DNA of 64,000 nucleotides from Thermoanaerobaculia bacterium (GCA_963719225.1 CAVRAY010000001.1:2752001-2816000), one strand, 5' to 3'. Counted from the first letter of the stretch, positions 10,401-19,843 are shown. Program-made: numbers and translations. Notes: generated by a model from the letters alone, not told the origin.

Positions 10401-11446
10401 TTGATCCGCTCGAGCTGGACGAGCGCCTCGAGCGTTCCTCCCGCGTAGCTCGCGCGCGTCACGTTCACGAGGAGGCCCTTCGGGTCCACGCGAAGGAGGC
10501 CCTCCCCGGTCATCGGAAACGGTCCGAACGCGGCGGCGACGAGGTCGAACGCGCCGTTGATGCGGAAGCCGCCCGGCTCGCCGAAGCGCATGGTGCCGCG
10601 CAGCGCAACGCCGCCGGTGACGGGAAGGCCGAGCCCGAAGACCTTCGACAGCGCCTCGCCGGTCGTCTCGGCGCGCGCGGCGAGCGCGAGAACGGGCTTC
10701 CTCAGATCATCGACGCCCCCCGAGGCCTCGAGCTTGAGCTTGTCGCCGCGCAGCCTCAGCCCCGTCAGGTGCACGCGCCCGGGCGCGAGAATCACTTCCG
10801 CGCCGATCGCGAACTCGAGCGTCTCGTTCTCCTCCAGCCGGAATCGTCCCTTGCGGCACGCGAGCGCGAGATGGGTCACCGTACGGCTGCGGCCGGCTCT
10901 GGCCGTGACCGCGGCGTTCTGGAGCACCGCGTCGATCTCGGAGTCCCATTCCCGGAAGCGGAGCGTCGCGCGCTGGATGACCGCCTCGCGGAGGCGGACG
11001 TCGACGCCGCCGTCGCCTCCTCCCGCGAAGGCATCGAGAATCGACTGCAGGTTCGTGGTGCCGTCCGGGAACACCTCGACGACCACGCGCGGTGAGACGA
11101 CGCGAAGCTTCGGGATGTCGACGCGGCTCTTCGTGATCGTCGGCAGGCCGCGCAGCTCGATCTCGGAGGCCGAGAAGGCCGGGCCCGCGAGGCCCCGCCG
11201 GTCGTTCGCCACCGAGACGTCGCGCACGAGAAACGCGAAGGGGACGAGCGCGAGGTCGAAGCTCCCGATCGTGACGGCCCGGCCGATCTTCGCCGTCAGA
11301 AGCGTTTCGGTCCGGCGGCGCAGCAGCTCCTGGAAACGCGAGGAGCGAAAAACCGCGTACAGGACCAGCGCCGTGAAGACGAGAAGAAGCGTGAAGAGAC
11401 GGACGAGCCGGACTTGCGTGAGGGAGAGGTGCGGAAGGCGGCGCAT
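7463..11446 (-). CDS. tamB: Translocation/assembly module TamB domain protein
   Basis: 1327 aa, N-terminal TM, beta-rich body, C-terminal FSSDPQLSEAQIVSL...VTVGKSL...ITLDYQL; adjacent to the Omp85 gene. Confidence 0.85.
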   Translation of the reverse strand: MRRLPHLSLTQVRLVRLFTLLLVFTALVLYAVFRSSRFQELLRRRTETLLTAKIGRAVTIGSFDLALVPFAFLVRDVSVANDRRGLAGPAFSASEIELRGLPTITKSRVDIPKLRVVSPRVVVEVFPDGTTNLQSILDAFAGGGDGGVDVRLREAVIQRATLRFREWDSEIDAVLQNAAVTARAGRSRTVTHLALACRKGRFRLEENETLEFAIGAEVILAPGRVHLTGLRLRGDKLKLEASGGVDDLRKPVLALAARAETTGEALSKVFGLGLPVTGGVALRGTMRFGEPGGFRINGAFDLVAAAFGPFPMTGEGLLRVDPKGLLVNVTRASYAGGTLEALVQLERIKNPPLPVRIALRGHGLDFEQFFGDLGLRGTGLEGRVDLDTTLTFGRGGIEHADGIGRMTLTPEPGRPSAVEGRFALPVSGGGPLEVRDGHLLFDGVNFATAGGARIRVDGGIRLGTWEPDLQLEIASDDLAEVERLADNFYPAIQNEPLTPPLGLGGTGRIAARLSRSFSDPRIEGRLDATGFVLRNVPFGTASAAFLVDRNVATFSPFTATDGNASLSLTGKIGWGGALMGAYRLDGLVAEFSAWPIERVLKFLDIDLPITGAGTGRLPLNGVTPALSGRIPLVLTQASLWGQKIDALEGVLAFEKDRIAVENATARLADGTARLGGFFRYADRAYELDLDLRSIPIARLDAAEGLPLTGTLTGQVKGSGTLDEPNLSVAALVADAAWSGSPLERIGTQLEVQVKAVRGVYTFLARAPDAAEATLEPDATRDRWRGRIEVSSLAPFASLFGLPEEARLDGRLSAEVSLSAGKDVDALRGAGTVSAARVTAYGRTLELRAPAVLKAENGKVSLEKLALVELPREDLPPAPPTALTISGSVGLSAPHAVDVAAVGSFDAALLKPALEGMNAAGRATVDLRVSGTAAKPVLLGRLSLDGVDLTSSAGTAFESMTGTLLFSEDRVTVGDFSVRYNGGTVDLGGFISLSGLKPTSFRLSAHVGHVRASPFDGFRATFSGDLVLLGDTALRTVRGDLSLDRAIYSRDFSLDIASLLARKRAAVTAGNPTAFDAVTLDVRLVAPASSIEVRNNVARLKLSGELFVRGTWGHPLLFGEVTGEEGGRLTLQGQRYEILSAKVLFSNPLRIEPFFELEARGTVSRYQVSFGLTGTPSRLVPRFSSDPQLSEAQIVSLMTSGDIPQNAVAGAPVGGSPISSDDSVSKAARELLASLATSAVTSRTKEFFRLDRFQIDPTITGTSFDAPRVTVGKSLGKDFNATVSFVLSSNQQQIITLDYQLTPAAAIQARLDENGIYSLELRIRQRLR

Positions 11447-11453
11447 CTCCTCG

Positions 11454-12353
11454 TTACCGAGCCGCGTTCTCCCGCTCGCCGCCGAACGAGAGCTTCCGCG
11501 CGAGGACGTCGAAGAAAGACGCTTCCGAGGCCCGCACGAGAGACACCGAGCCGGAGGACCGGGCGATCGAGATCCGCGTCGTCGAGCCCACGGGGAATCC
11601 CTCCTGGCCGTCGAGCGTCAGGAAGACGTCGGTGGGGTCGTTCTCCACGGAGAGGTCGAGGCGGACGGAATCCGGAAGGACAAAGGGACGCAGGGTCAGT
11701 GTGTGGGGGCAGATGGGCGTGAGAACGAGCGCCGGCAACGTCGGCTCGAGGATGGGGCCGCCCGCCGAGAGGTTGTAGGCCGTGGAGCCCGTCGGCGTCG
11801 ACACGATGAGGCCGTCTCCCCGGTACCGCGAGACCATGCGCCCGTCGACGTCGACGCGGATCGTCGCGATGCGCGCGAGCGCCGACTTCGAGAGCACGGC
11901 GTCGTTCACGACGTGATAACGGCGCGGCGCGCGCGTTCGATCCGACACGCGGACCGACAGGAGGCGCCGTCTCTCGAGGTGCGCCGTTCCCGCGAGCGCT
12001 CTCTCGAGCACGTCCTTCGATTCGTCCGGCCTGCAGGTCGTCAGGAAGCCGAGCGTGCCGATGTCGATCCCCAGGACCGGGACGCCGGGCGCGGGATGCC
12101 GCGCCACCGAGAGGAGCGTCCCGTCCCCTCCCAGCGTCACGACGAGATCCACGAGACGCGCGATCTGCGCGCGGGGCGCCCCGCCCGAAACGCCGCGGGC
12201 CCGCGAGGACTCGACGTCGTGGATCACCGTGATCCCGCGGCGCGAGAGCTGGCGCTCGAGCTTGCGCGAAAGAGAGATCGCCGCCGCGCTGCTGTAGCGC
12301 GTCACGAGACCCACGCGCCGCACGCGACGGCCCGGCCGAAGCCCGGATTTCAC
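11454..12353 (-). CDS. nadK: NAD(+) kinase
   Basis: LGGDGTLL, GTLGFL, ND and GDGLIVSTPTGSTAYNLSAGGP motifs. Confidence 0.95.
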   Translation of the reverse strand: MKSGLRPGRRVRRVGLVTRYSSAAAISLSRKLERQLSRRGITVIHDVESSRARGVSGGAPRAQIARLVDLVVTLGGDGTLLSVARHPAPGVPVLGIDIGTLGFLTTCRPDESKDVLERALAGTAHLERRRLLSVRVSDRTRAPRRYHVVNDAVLSKSALARIATIRVDVDGRMVSRYRGDGLIVSTPTGSTAYNLSAGGPILEPTLPALVLTPICPHTLTLRPFVLPDSVRLDLSVENDPTDVFLTLDGQEGFPVGSTTRISIARSSGSVSLVRASEASFFDVLARKLSFGGERENAAR

Positions 12354-13099
12354 CCCGGAAGTGTAGCGGGATTCCTCCGGAACACGGCGAGGAGCTCCAC
12401 GTTTCCTTCCGCCCCGGTGATCGGGGATTCGACTGCTCCGCGGCTGGTGAGAGAGAGCCGCGCGGCGGCCGCCACGACGCGCGCCAGGGCGCGCTCGCGC
12501 ACGGCTTCATCGCGCACGATGCCGCCCCGGCCGACCTCTCGGCGCGTCGCCTCGAACTGCGGCTTGACCAGGACGAGGACGTCGGCCTCGTCCGCGAGAA
12601 GCGGCACCGCCGCGGGCAGAACGAGCGTGAGCGAGATGAACGACAGGTCGGCCACGAGAAGCGAGGGAGCCTCCGGCACCTCGGCCCGGCTCAGGAACCG
12701 CGCGTTCACTTTCTCCCGCAGGACGACGCGCGGGTCGTTCCGAAGGCGGGCGTGGAGCTGGCCGTAGCCCACGTCGACGGCATAAACCCGCGAGGCGCCG
12801 CGTGCAAGGAGGACGTCCGTGAACCCTCCGGTCGACGCGCCCAGGTCGAGACAGATCCGCCCTTTCGGGTCGATCTCGAAACGAGTCAGGCCGAAGTCCA
12901 GCTTCACTCCCCCTCGCGAGACCCAGGGATGCTCGGGCTCCCCGACCGTGATTTCGGCGTCCAGGGTCACGGGCGTTCCGGGCTTGACCCGCTCGTGGCC
13001 GGCGACCGAAACCCGGCCCGCGAGGATCAGCGCCTCGGCCCGGGTCCGCGATTCCGCGAGACCGCGTTCCACGAGCGCGACGTCGAGACGTTTTCTCAG
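12350..13099 (-). CDS. tlyA: TlyA family RNA methyltransferase
   Basis: KRLDVALVERGL S4 domain, VSRGGVKL, LDLGASTGGFTDVLL, LVKPQFE; probable CTG start overlapping the upstream TGA. Confidence 0.92.
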   Translation of the reverse strand: MRKRLDVALVERGLAESRTRAEALILAGRVSVAGHERVKPGTPVTLDAEITVGEPEHPWVSRGGVKLDFGLTRFEIDPKGRICLDLGASTGGFTDVLLARGASRVYAVDVGYGQLHARLRNDPRVVLREKVNARFLSRAEVPEAPSLLVADLSFISLTLVLPAAVPLLADEADVLVLVKPQFEATRREVGRGGIVRDEAVRERALARVVAAAARLSLTSRGAVESPITGAEGNVELLAVFRRNPATLPG

Positions 13100-14112
13100 A
13101 GGGTCACGACGACCTTGAGGACGTCGCCCCCCTGCCGCGCCAGCGCGAAGGCCTCGGCCGCTCGCGCGAGAGGCACGCGGTTCGTCACGACGTCCCGGGC
13201 GCGGACGGCCCCGCGCTCGAGGAGTGTCAGGGCCTCCCGGAAATCCCGCGCGCCGCAAGAGTAGGAAAAGAGCATCGAAAGGTCGCGCAGGTAAGGCAGG
13301 TGCGGCTCGATCGTCCAGGTCTTGCCGGGCTGAATGGGTGAATAGAAGACGACCCGAGCCGCGGGGCCTGCCGCGGCGAGCGCCGCGGCCACGGCGGACT
13401 CCGCAGTCGGCAACACAAAGATGACGTCCGCGCCCGCGCGATCTCCTCTCTTCACCTTCTCAGAAAGGTCCTCTTCGGGCGCCAGCACCTGGTCGAAGCC
13501 GAGTCGAAAGGCATGGGCTCGCCGCGCGGGATCGGGATCGCAGCCGACGAGCGTCCCGGCGCCCGCCGACTTCGCGACGAGACCGAGCAGGATGCCGTTC
13601 GCCCCGAGGCCGATCACCGCGACGGAATCCCCCTCCGCGATCCGCGCCCGGCGCACCGCCTTCACCGCGCACGCGAGCGGCTCGACGAGGGCGCCGTCCT
13701 CGAACGAGAGGGCGTCCGGAAGGCGCAGCGTGTCCGTCGCGACCGCGGCGGCCTCGACGCGCACGTACTCCGCGAGCCCGCCTGGGTGGAGGCGCGTCTT
13801 CTTCCACTCTGGGCACATGACGTCCTCTCCGGCCCGGCAGAAGCGGCACGCGCCGCAGGCCGCGTGGTGGTGAACGACGACGCGGTCGCCGGGCCTGACG
13901 GCGTCGACGCCGGGTCCGGTCGCGGCGACGACGCCCGCCGGCTCGTGACCAAGGACGACCGGCGCCTTCGACGCGACGTACCACCCCGTCGTGTCGCTCC
14001 CGCAGATTCCGACGGCCTTCATGGCGACGGTGATTTCGCCCGGGCCCGGGACCGGCTTCTCCATCTCCACGACGGCGATGTCCTCCAGCGACCGGACGAG
14101 GACAGCCCTCAC
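13096..14112 (-). CDS. Zinc-dependent alcohol/polyol dehydrogenase (MDR family)
   Basis: GICGSD, GHEPAG, CGACRFC...C structural Zn motif, EPLAC, GLGANG; GTG start at 14112. Confidence 0.9.
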   Translation of the reverse strand: MRAVLVRSLEDIAVVEMEKPVPGPGEITVAMKAVGICGSDTTGWYVASKAPVVLGHEPAGVVAATGPGVDAVRPGDRVVVHHHAACGACRFCRAGEDVMCPEWKKTRLHPGGLAEYVRVEAAAVATDTLRLPDALSFEDGALVEPLACAVKAVRRARIAEGDSVAVIGLGANGILLGLVAKSAGAGTLVGCDPDPARRAHAFRLGFDQVLAPEEDLSEKVKRGDRAGADVIFVLPTAESAVAAALAAAGPAARVVFYSPIQPGKTWTIEPHLPYLRDLSMLFSYSCGARDFREALTLLERGAVRARDVVTNRVPLARAAEAFALARQGGDVLKVVVTL

Positions 14113-15221
14113 GGGATCAGGGCGACCTTCATCGCGGCTCTCCTCTCGACGAGGTCGAATGCCTCGCGCCACTCGGCGAGCCCCCGCCTCTCTTCGACGA
14201 GCGAGCCCACGGGGATCGCGCCTTCGCAGAGGAGGGCGAGGGCCGTGTCGACGTCGCGCGGCGTGTAGTGGAAAGCGCCTGTGATCGACACCTCGCGATA
14301 GTGCACCGCGTACGCGTCCACGCTCACGCGCGCCCCCTCCTGCATCCCGGCGAAGAGCACCACCGTGCCTCCATTCTCCGCGAGCGGGGGGAGCGCCGAG
14401 ATCACCTCGGGATCGCCGGTCGTGTCGAGGATCAATGAAAATCTTGCTCCCGAGCCGCGCGTGCCTTCGATGCGCAACGGCATCGGAGGATTTTCTTTGA
14501 AGGTGAATATGGGTGGCGGAGTGCCGGCGCCCGGGTCGCGCGACGAGCCCGCGATGCGCGCCACCTCCGCATTCATCCTTTCGAAGAAAGCGAGTCTCTC
14601 CGGTTTCCTTCCGGCGACGACGACCCGGCGCCCCGCGCCGCTGGTCCTCTCTCTTCCTTCTCCTCTTTCTTTCCCCCTCAAAAGAAAAAACATCATCGCG
14701 GCGATCGGGCCGGTCCCCACGACGAGAACGTCCCCGCCGTCTGCGGCGTTGGTTCTGCTCAGCGCGTGGACGACACTGGCCAGAGGATCCAGCAGCGCGG
14801 CCGCCTCGTCGGAGAGGTCCGGCGGGATTCTCCTGAGGCCGCTCGTCACGATGCGCTCCGGGACGAGCAGAAAATCCGCGAAGGCGCCGAAGAGAGGCCT
14901 CTCGAATGCGGTCGCGCAGAGATTCTCCCGGCCCCCGCGGCAGTCGTCGCAGCTCCCGCAGGGACCCGACACGGCCGAGGTGACGCGCTCGCCGGGCGAA
15001 AAGGGCGTTCCCGGGCCCGTCTCCTCGACGACGCCCGCGAACTCGTGCCCGAGGGTGAGCGGAAACGGAAACTTCGGATGCCCGCGCTTCGCGAGCTTGA
15101 AGTCGGTCGCGCACGTGAGCGCGACGCGAATGCGCACGAGGGCCTCGCCCGCCGCCGGACGGGGCGTCGCGACCTCGCGGAGCGCGAGCCGCTCCGGCCC
15201 CTCCGAGACGAGAGCCCGCAT
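14109..15221 (-). CDS. Zinc-dependent alcohol dehydrogenase (MDR family) with two atypical insertions
   Basis: TCATD, GHEFAG, CGSCDDC...C, GTGPI; ATG at 15221 preceded by TAGGCT. Confidence 0.88.
   Translation of the reverse strand: MRALVSEGPERLALREVATPRPAAGEALVRIRVALTCATDFKLAKRGHPKFPFPLTLGHEFAGVVEETGPGTPFSPGERVTSAVSGPCGSCDDCRGGRENLCATAFERPLFGAFADFLLVPERIVTSGLRRIPPDLSDEAAALLDPLASVVHALSRTNAADGGDVLVVGTGPIAAMMFFLLRGKERGEGRERTSGAGRRVVVAGRKPERLAFFERMNAEVARIAGSSRDPGAGTPPPIFTFKENPPMPLRIEGTRGSGARFSLILDTTGDPEVISALPPLAENGGTVVLFAGMQEGARVSVDAYAVHYREVSITGAFHYTPRDVDTALALLCEGAIPVGSLVEERRGLAEWREAFDLVERRAAMKVALIP
14491..14589. repeat. Convergent pair of the dispersed TTTTCTTNGAAGGTGAA motif
   Basis: TTTTCTTTGAAGGTGAA (14491-14507, +) and TTCATCCTTTCGAAGAAA (14572-14589, -); further minus copies at 14671-14690 and 13451-13466. 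Confidence 0.75.
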
Positions 15222-15295
15222 GGGCCAGAGCCTAGCAGGACGACTGATGCACCCGTGGCCTTGACGGCCCGAATCCGGCCCCTCACGCTCGGCCC

Positions 15296-16201
15296 GTGGC
15301 ACTCCGCCCCACTTTCTATGCAGGTGTTTCGATCGCCGCCGCGATCCTCACCGTCGGACTGAAGCTCTTCGCCTGGAAAGTCACGGGCTCCGTCGGTCTT
15401 CTCTCCGACGCCGCCGAGTCGGGCGTGAACCTCCTCGCGGCTCTCGTGGCGCTCTGGGCGCTCTGGCGCGCGGGCAAGCCGGCCGACGCGACCTACTCCT
15501 TCGGACAGACGAAGGCGGAGTACCTCTCGAGCGGCTTCGAGGGGCTGATGATCATCGCGGCGGCCGTCGCGATCGCGGTCGCTGCGGTCGAGCGCCTCAG
15601 GCACCTCCAGCCGATCGAGAACGTGGGGCTCGGGCTCGGGATCACGGTCGTCGCGTCCGCGATCAACGGGAGCACGGCCGTCCTTCTCCTGCGCGCGGGA
15701 AAGAGCCTGCGCTCCATCACGCTGAGGGCCGACGCCCACCACCTCTTCACGGACGTGTGGACCTCTCTCGGAGTCATCGTCGGCGTCTGCCTCGTGAAGG
15801 TGGCGGGCCTCCTCCTTCTCGATCCCCTCGTCGCGCTCCTCGTGGCCGCGAACATCGTCTGGACGGGCGTCCGGCTCCTCAAGGAGACCGAGCACGGCCT
15901 CCTCGACCGCGCGATCGGGGAGGACGAGCAGGCGGCGATCGCGGGGCTCCTCGAGCGCTTTCACGCGCGGGGCGTCGTCATCCACGGCCTGCGGACCCGC
16001 GCCGCCGGGCACCGCCGATTCGTCCAGATGCACGTCCTCGTGCCCGGCTCGTGGTCGGTCACGCAGGGCCACGATCTCTGCGAGGAGATCGAGCGCGGCG
16101 TCACCTCGGCGCTTCCCGGCAGCACGGTGACGACGCATCTCGAACCGCTCGAGGACCCGGCCTCGTGGGACGACCGCGGCCTCGACCGGCGGCTCAGCTA
16201 G
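15296..16201 (+). CDS. Cation diffusion facilitator family transporter (FieF-like)
   Basis: TGSVGLLSDAAES, LRADAHHLFTD, C-terminal GHDLCEEIE...THLEP. Confidence 0.92.
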   Translation: MALRPTFYAGVSIAAAILTVGLKLFAWKVTGSVGLLSDAAESGVNLLAALVALWALWRAGKPADATYSFGQTKAEYLSSGFEGLMIIAAAVAIAVAAVERLRHLQPIENVGLGLGITVVASAINGSTAVLLLRAGKSLRSITLRADAHHLFTDVWTSLGVIVGVCLVKVAGLLLLDPLVALLVAANIVWTGVRLLKETEHGLLDRAIGEDEQAAIAGLLERFHARGVVIHGLRTRAAGHRRFVQMHVLVPGSWSVTQGHDLCEEIERGVTSALPGSTVTTHLEPLEDPASWDDRGLDRRLS

Positions 16202-16232
16202 GAGCCCGCCTGGGTGATCAGCGGGCTCCTAG
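16198..16232. terminator. 12-bp hairpin between convergent genes (putative bidirectional terminator)
   Basis: CTAGGAGCCCGC-N11-GCGGGCTCCTAG; no U-tract. Confidence 0.5.
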
Positions 16233-16244
16233 CCGTGGGCACGT

Positions 16245-17150
16245 TCAGCGCGGAAGCGAGAGCGAGACGGTATTGTTCTGGTTACTGATGACGTACGCGA
16301 GTGGGTAGAGCCGTGTCGTTGACACGATCGTGGCGCGAGCAGCGGCAGCCTTCAGCGCTGCATTCCGCGCGCGAACATTGGCAAAGGACGTCGAGAAGAT
16401 GTCGTTGATCTGAGAGACCGTGCGCGCGGGCACCGTCACGTGGACGATGAGCGGAGACGCGCCGTCGGCGGAATACACGGATATCGTGACGTCCGCCGCG
16501 ACCGCGTCCGGGTTGATTAGCGAGAGGTTTACGCGCCGCTTCGAGTCCGTGTGGAGCCAGGGGAGGAGGATCGGCGCATCCGCGGGGAAGAAGTTCGAGC
16601 CGTTGTCGATGACGGGCCCTGCTCCTTGGTCGCAGCCGTCTGTATTGATTTCCGTCCCGTCCGGGTAAAAGATACCACCAACGTCATAGTCCCATCCGCC
16701 CGTCCATTCCGAGCAGCGAGCTCTGTCGCCCACCCCCCCATACTCTCCGCGTGGAATGCCCGTCAAAACCGCAGTTTGCACTGACAAGCCGTCCTCGACA
16801 TCCGCCACCGCGGCGCCGAAGGCACTGCGTGAGTCGCGTGTGTTGTCGTGAGCATGGACGCCGGCGTAGATGGCCCATCCGGAGATCGATTGCGTAGCCC
16901 CCGGCGGAATCGAGTACGAAGTCGCAGTCCACCCTGCGGTCCCGACCCAGTCGACGATCCGTAGTGTCTTCGGCGCCGACGAGAAGTTCGTCACACGCAC
17001 CTCGCTCGCCCAGACCGAGCCATTCGCTCCTTCCACGTGCGCGGCGAGTGCGGGCAGCAGTATTTCGGCTCCTTGACCACCTGTCGCCAGGCAGCCCAAC
17101 AGCGCCCCTAGGATTCGACAGACCACGCGAAGGAGCCGATTAGTACGCAT
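16245..17150 (-). CDS. Hypothetical secreted protein
   Basis: Signal peptide followed by LLPALAAHVEGANGSVWASEVRVTN; overlaps the S8 peptidase stop. Confidence 0.75.
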   Translation of the reverse strand: MRTNRLLRVVCRILGALLGCLATGGQGAEILLPALAAHVEGANGSVWASEVRVTNFSSAPKTLRIVDWVGTAGWTATSYSIPPGATQSISGWAIYAGVHAHDNTRDSRSAFGAAVADVEDGLSVQTAVLTGIPRGEYGGVGDRARCSEWTGGWDYDVGGIFYPDGTEINTDGCDQGAGPVIDNGSNFFPADAPILLPWLHTDSKRRVNLSLINPDAVAADVTISVYSADGASPLIVHVTVPARTVSQINDIFSTSFANVRARNAALKAAAARATIVSTTRLYPLAYVISNQNNTVSLSLPR

Positions 17151-19605
17151 TGTAGACGAACAGCGCCCAATCCTGGTTGGGATTACCGCTGTCCAACCCC
17201 GGCACCGCGACCTGATTCACGGAGCTGGCGACCATTTGAATTGTGAACGCACCCGAGAAGCTGTTCGGTGCGATGAGAGCGCGCTTGACGTTGTTATAGA
17301 AGTCGGGGAGCCAGCATGAGGAGCTTCGGTACGAGTATGGGGTGCCGTATTGACCATCGCAATAGACGGCGCCGCCCTGAAAAAGATACATGTCGATCTC
17401 GTTGACGGACGTGAAGCTTTGTCCCGCATTTGCAGCAGCGTCGGTGAAAACAAGCACCGCTATAACGGGTTTCGTTGGATCAGCAACAGTGAAGGAGAAG
17501 TTCTGGTAGGCGCCGGCTTGGGTGAATCGAAGGGACACGGAGTCCTTATAGACTTTTGGTGTGCCGTCCTGGAGAAGTTTCGCAAGGTCCAACCGACCCC
17601 AACCTTGCACTGTGGACGGTTCCCACCCCACTGTTGAATTCAATACATAGTTGTATCCGCCCTGCATGGACGAGGCCGTTCCGATAAGCGCCGCCTTGAT
17701 CATCGCTGGCGATGGCGTTCCGCCGATCTTCGCCTTGGCGAGGACCGCGGCACCCGTAACGAGAGCCGTCGAGAAGCTGGTGCCGTGACCTGCCCCATAG
17801 GGCCCGCCCTGCGACGGAAGCGCGGCCTGATAGGGCGTCAGCCCGGTGCTGGTCGCGCAGTCGCTGGCGCTCTGGTTCGGAGCGGTGGCGTCGGATGTGC
17901 GCGCTGACGTCACGCTTCGGCCTGGCGCCATGATGTCAGGCTTGAACCGGTTGAGGTCGTAAGCGAGGCCCATCCTGCTATTGGACGGGATGTCCGAGAT
18001 TACAATCCCGGTGTTGCACGCGCCCGGTAAGCCACTTCTAGGCAAGCCCGTCGCGCCCACGGTAATGACGTTCTTTGCGGTGCCTGGGCCGTGGACACTG
18101 TAGTCGCTCGTGGTCCCGTTGCCCGCCGAGACTGCAATCGTAAGTGCGTTCAGGTAGCTTGAGAAATTCCCGGACGCGTCCCGCACGAGGCGGTCCATCT
18201 CCCTGGACGTGAGCGAATAGGTCGTGTCATACAAAAAGTTCCAGCTGTTGTTCTGGAAGTGGGCACCATACGTGATGGTCCGTTGCCCGATCGAATCGAG
18301 GATACCGGGAATCGATTCCCCTGGGGGCGTCGATCCGCTGTTCGTCAGAATACGGGAGACCCCGAACTTCACGCCCGGCGCGACTCCCATGCCCCAGTAG
18401 TACCCGCTCGAGTCCGCTCCCCCAGTTCCGCCCGTCTGCGTCGAATCCCCCGCGATGAGTCCAGCTATGAAGGTGCCATGATAAAAGCTGTCATTCGTCG
18501 TCGTGAGGCCGTTATAGGCGCAGGCGTATGCCAGACGATTCCTGAGCGTTCGGTTAGGATCATTAGGATCATCAAAATTGAGATCCTGATGCCCACCCGG
18601 AATGGAAGCTCCCGTCAGGCAGCCACTCTGGTCGCCTAAGGAATTCTGGAGACCAGAGTCCACGATATCCACGATCTCGTTCGAAAAGGAGAGGCCCAGG
18701 TTCGTGAGCCAAGACTTGTACTGACCGGGGCTCGTCGCGTCCCACGTGGAATGATGTCCGACGCCTACCTGGCTCGCTCGCTCGTCCGAAGCTTGAGCCT
18801 GATAGATCGGTTCGATCCAGCGCGTGGTGGAAAGCGAAGCGAGCTTCTTCCAGTCGGCGGGGGCCGCAGAGAGAGCGATGAGCATCTCATCCATTTCCTT
18901 AGGGTACATCTTGAGCTCAGGGTCGGTGGACTGGAGTGCGGCAATCGTGCTCTTGAGATCCTGAGCGGAGTCGAGCAAGACCGAGACTGGCTGCCGAGCC
19001 GTGCCCGCAAGGACGGTCGCGTCTCGAAGAGCCGGCGCGAGCTTGAAGAATGGTTGCAGCACCCCCGCGAAGCGAACCTCGGGGCCAAGCGCGCCGCGGA
19101 GCTTCTCGATGCCGGCTGGCGCCGCGACGATATAGCTGTTCCGATAGACGTATTGGATGACTCGCACACCTGCGCCCTTGAGTGCGTTCAGCCATTCGGG
19201 CCGTGCGGGGCTATGGAACTGAAGGGCGTAGAGGCCCGTCGAACCGCTGTAATCGGTCAAAGCAAGATCGCTGGGGAGAGACTGAAGGACCTTGCCGGGA
19301 TCACGGGTGTCAAGGACGACGCCGCCGAGGTCGAGCACGAAGGCGTCCGGGTCGATGGACGCAGTCAAACCTGTTTCGGAATTGATCGACGCCAGATTCA
19401 CACTATCAGGAGCGGACGCGATCAGGAAGGGTCCATAGTCCTCGAGCACCCGGACGCTACGCGCCGAAAGCGCGTTGAACTGGCTTGAGGTCAAATTCGA
19501 GTACGTCGTGGCCGGCGGTTTTCGGATGTGGAGAATCTGTTCGCCGGCGGCAGATTGTGTGAGTCCAAGAATAGCTATGAAAAAGGCAAACGTGGATCTA
19601 TTCAT
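17140..19605 (-). CDS. S8 family (subtilisin-like) secreted serine peptidase with propeptide
   Basis: Triad contexts DIVDSG, HGTFIAG and GTSFST; SAGN oxyanion; TAKNVITVGA, KPDIMAPG, QGWGRLD; ATG 19605 with GGAGG RBS and signal peptide. Confidence 0.92.
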   Translation of the reverse strand: MNRSTFAFFIAILGLTQSAAGEQILHIRKPPATTYSNLTSSQFNALSARSVRVLEDYGPFLIASAPDSVNLASINSETGLTASIDPDAFVLDLGGVVLDTRDPGKVLQSLPSDLALTDYSGSTGLYALQFHSPARPEWLNALKGAGVRVIQYVYRNSYIVAAPAGIEKLRGALGPEVRFAGVLQPFFKLAPALRDATVLAGTARQPVSVLLDSAQDLKSTIAALQSTDPELKMYPKEMDEMLIALSAAPADWKKLASLSTTRWIEPIYQAQASDERASQVGVGHHSTWDATSPGQYKSWLTNLGLSFSNEIVDIVDSGLQNSLGDQSGCLTGASIPGGHQDLNFDDPNDPNRTLRNRLAYACAYNGLTTTNDSFYHGTFIAGLIAGDSTQTGGTGGADSSGYYWGMGVAPGVKFGVSRILTNSGSTPPGESIPGILDSIGQRTITYGAHFQNNSWNFLYDTTYSLTSREMDRLVRDASGNFSSYLNALTIAVSAGNGTTSDYSVHGPGTAKNVITVGATGLPRSGLPGACNTGIVISDIPSNSRMGLAYDLNRFKPDIMAPGRSVTSARTSDATAPNQSASDCATSTGLTPYQAALPSQGGPYGAGHGTSFSTALVTGAAVLAKAKIGGTPSPAMIKAALIGTASSMQGGYNYVLNSTVGWEPSTVQGWGRLDLAKLLQDGTPKVYKDSVSLRFTQAGAYQNFSFTVADPTKPVIAVLVFTDAAANAGQSFTSVNEIDMYLFQGGAVYCDGQYGTPYSYRSSSCWLPDFYNNVKRALIAPNSFSGAFTIQMVASSVNQVAVPGLDSGNPNQDWALFVYNAY

Positions 19606-19843
19606 AAGAACCTCCAGGGTTTCACCGGTCCAACGCAGGTCACTAAGATGAAAAAGGTTACGAACATAAAACACATCAGCTCGGATGCCTGAAGCTGCTC
19701 GGCAGCTTGTGCATCCCTTCACGAGTGACGTCGAGCCTGCGTTTCCTTCGTGATGCACCGGTACTACCCCGAAAGGGGTATGCCTCGAGCCAAAACGCCG
19801 CCTGCGATGCGGAGGCCCCCGTAGGTCCACAGCGCGACGACGG

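Noticed and set aside
13091-13107. TTTTCTCAGAGGGTCAC as another copy of the dispersed motif
   Set aside because: Only 13/17 match and the nearest minus copy is about 350 bp away, far outside the spacing of the other pairs.
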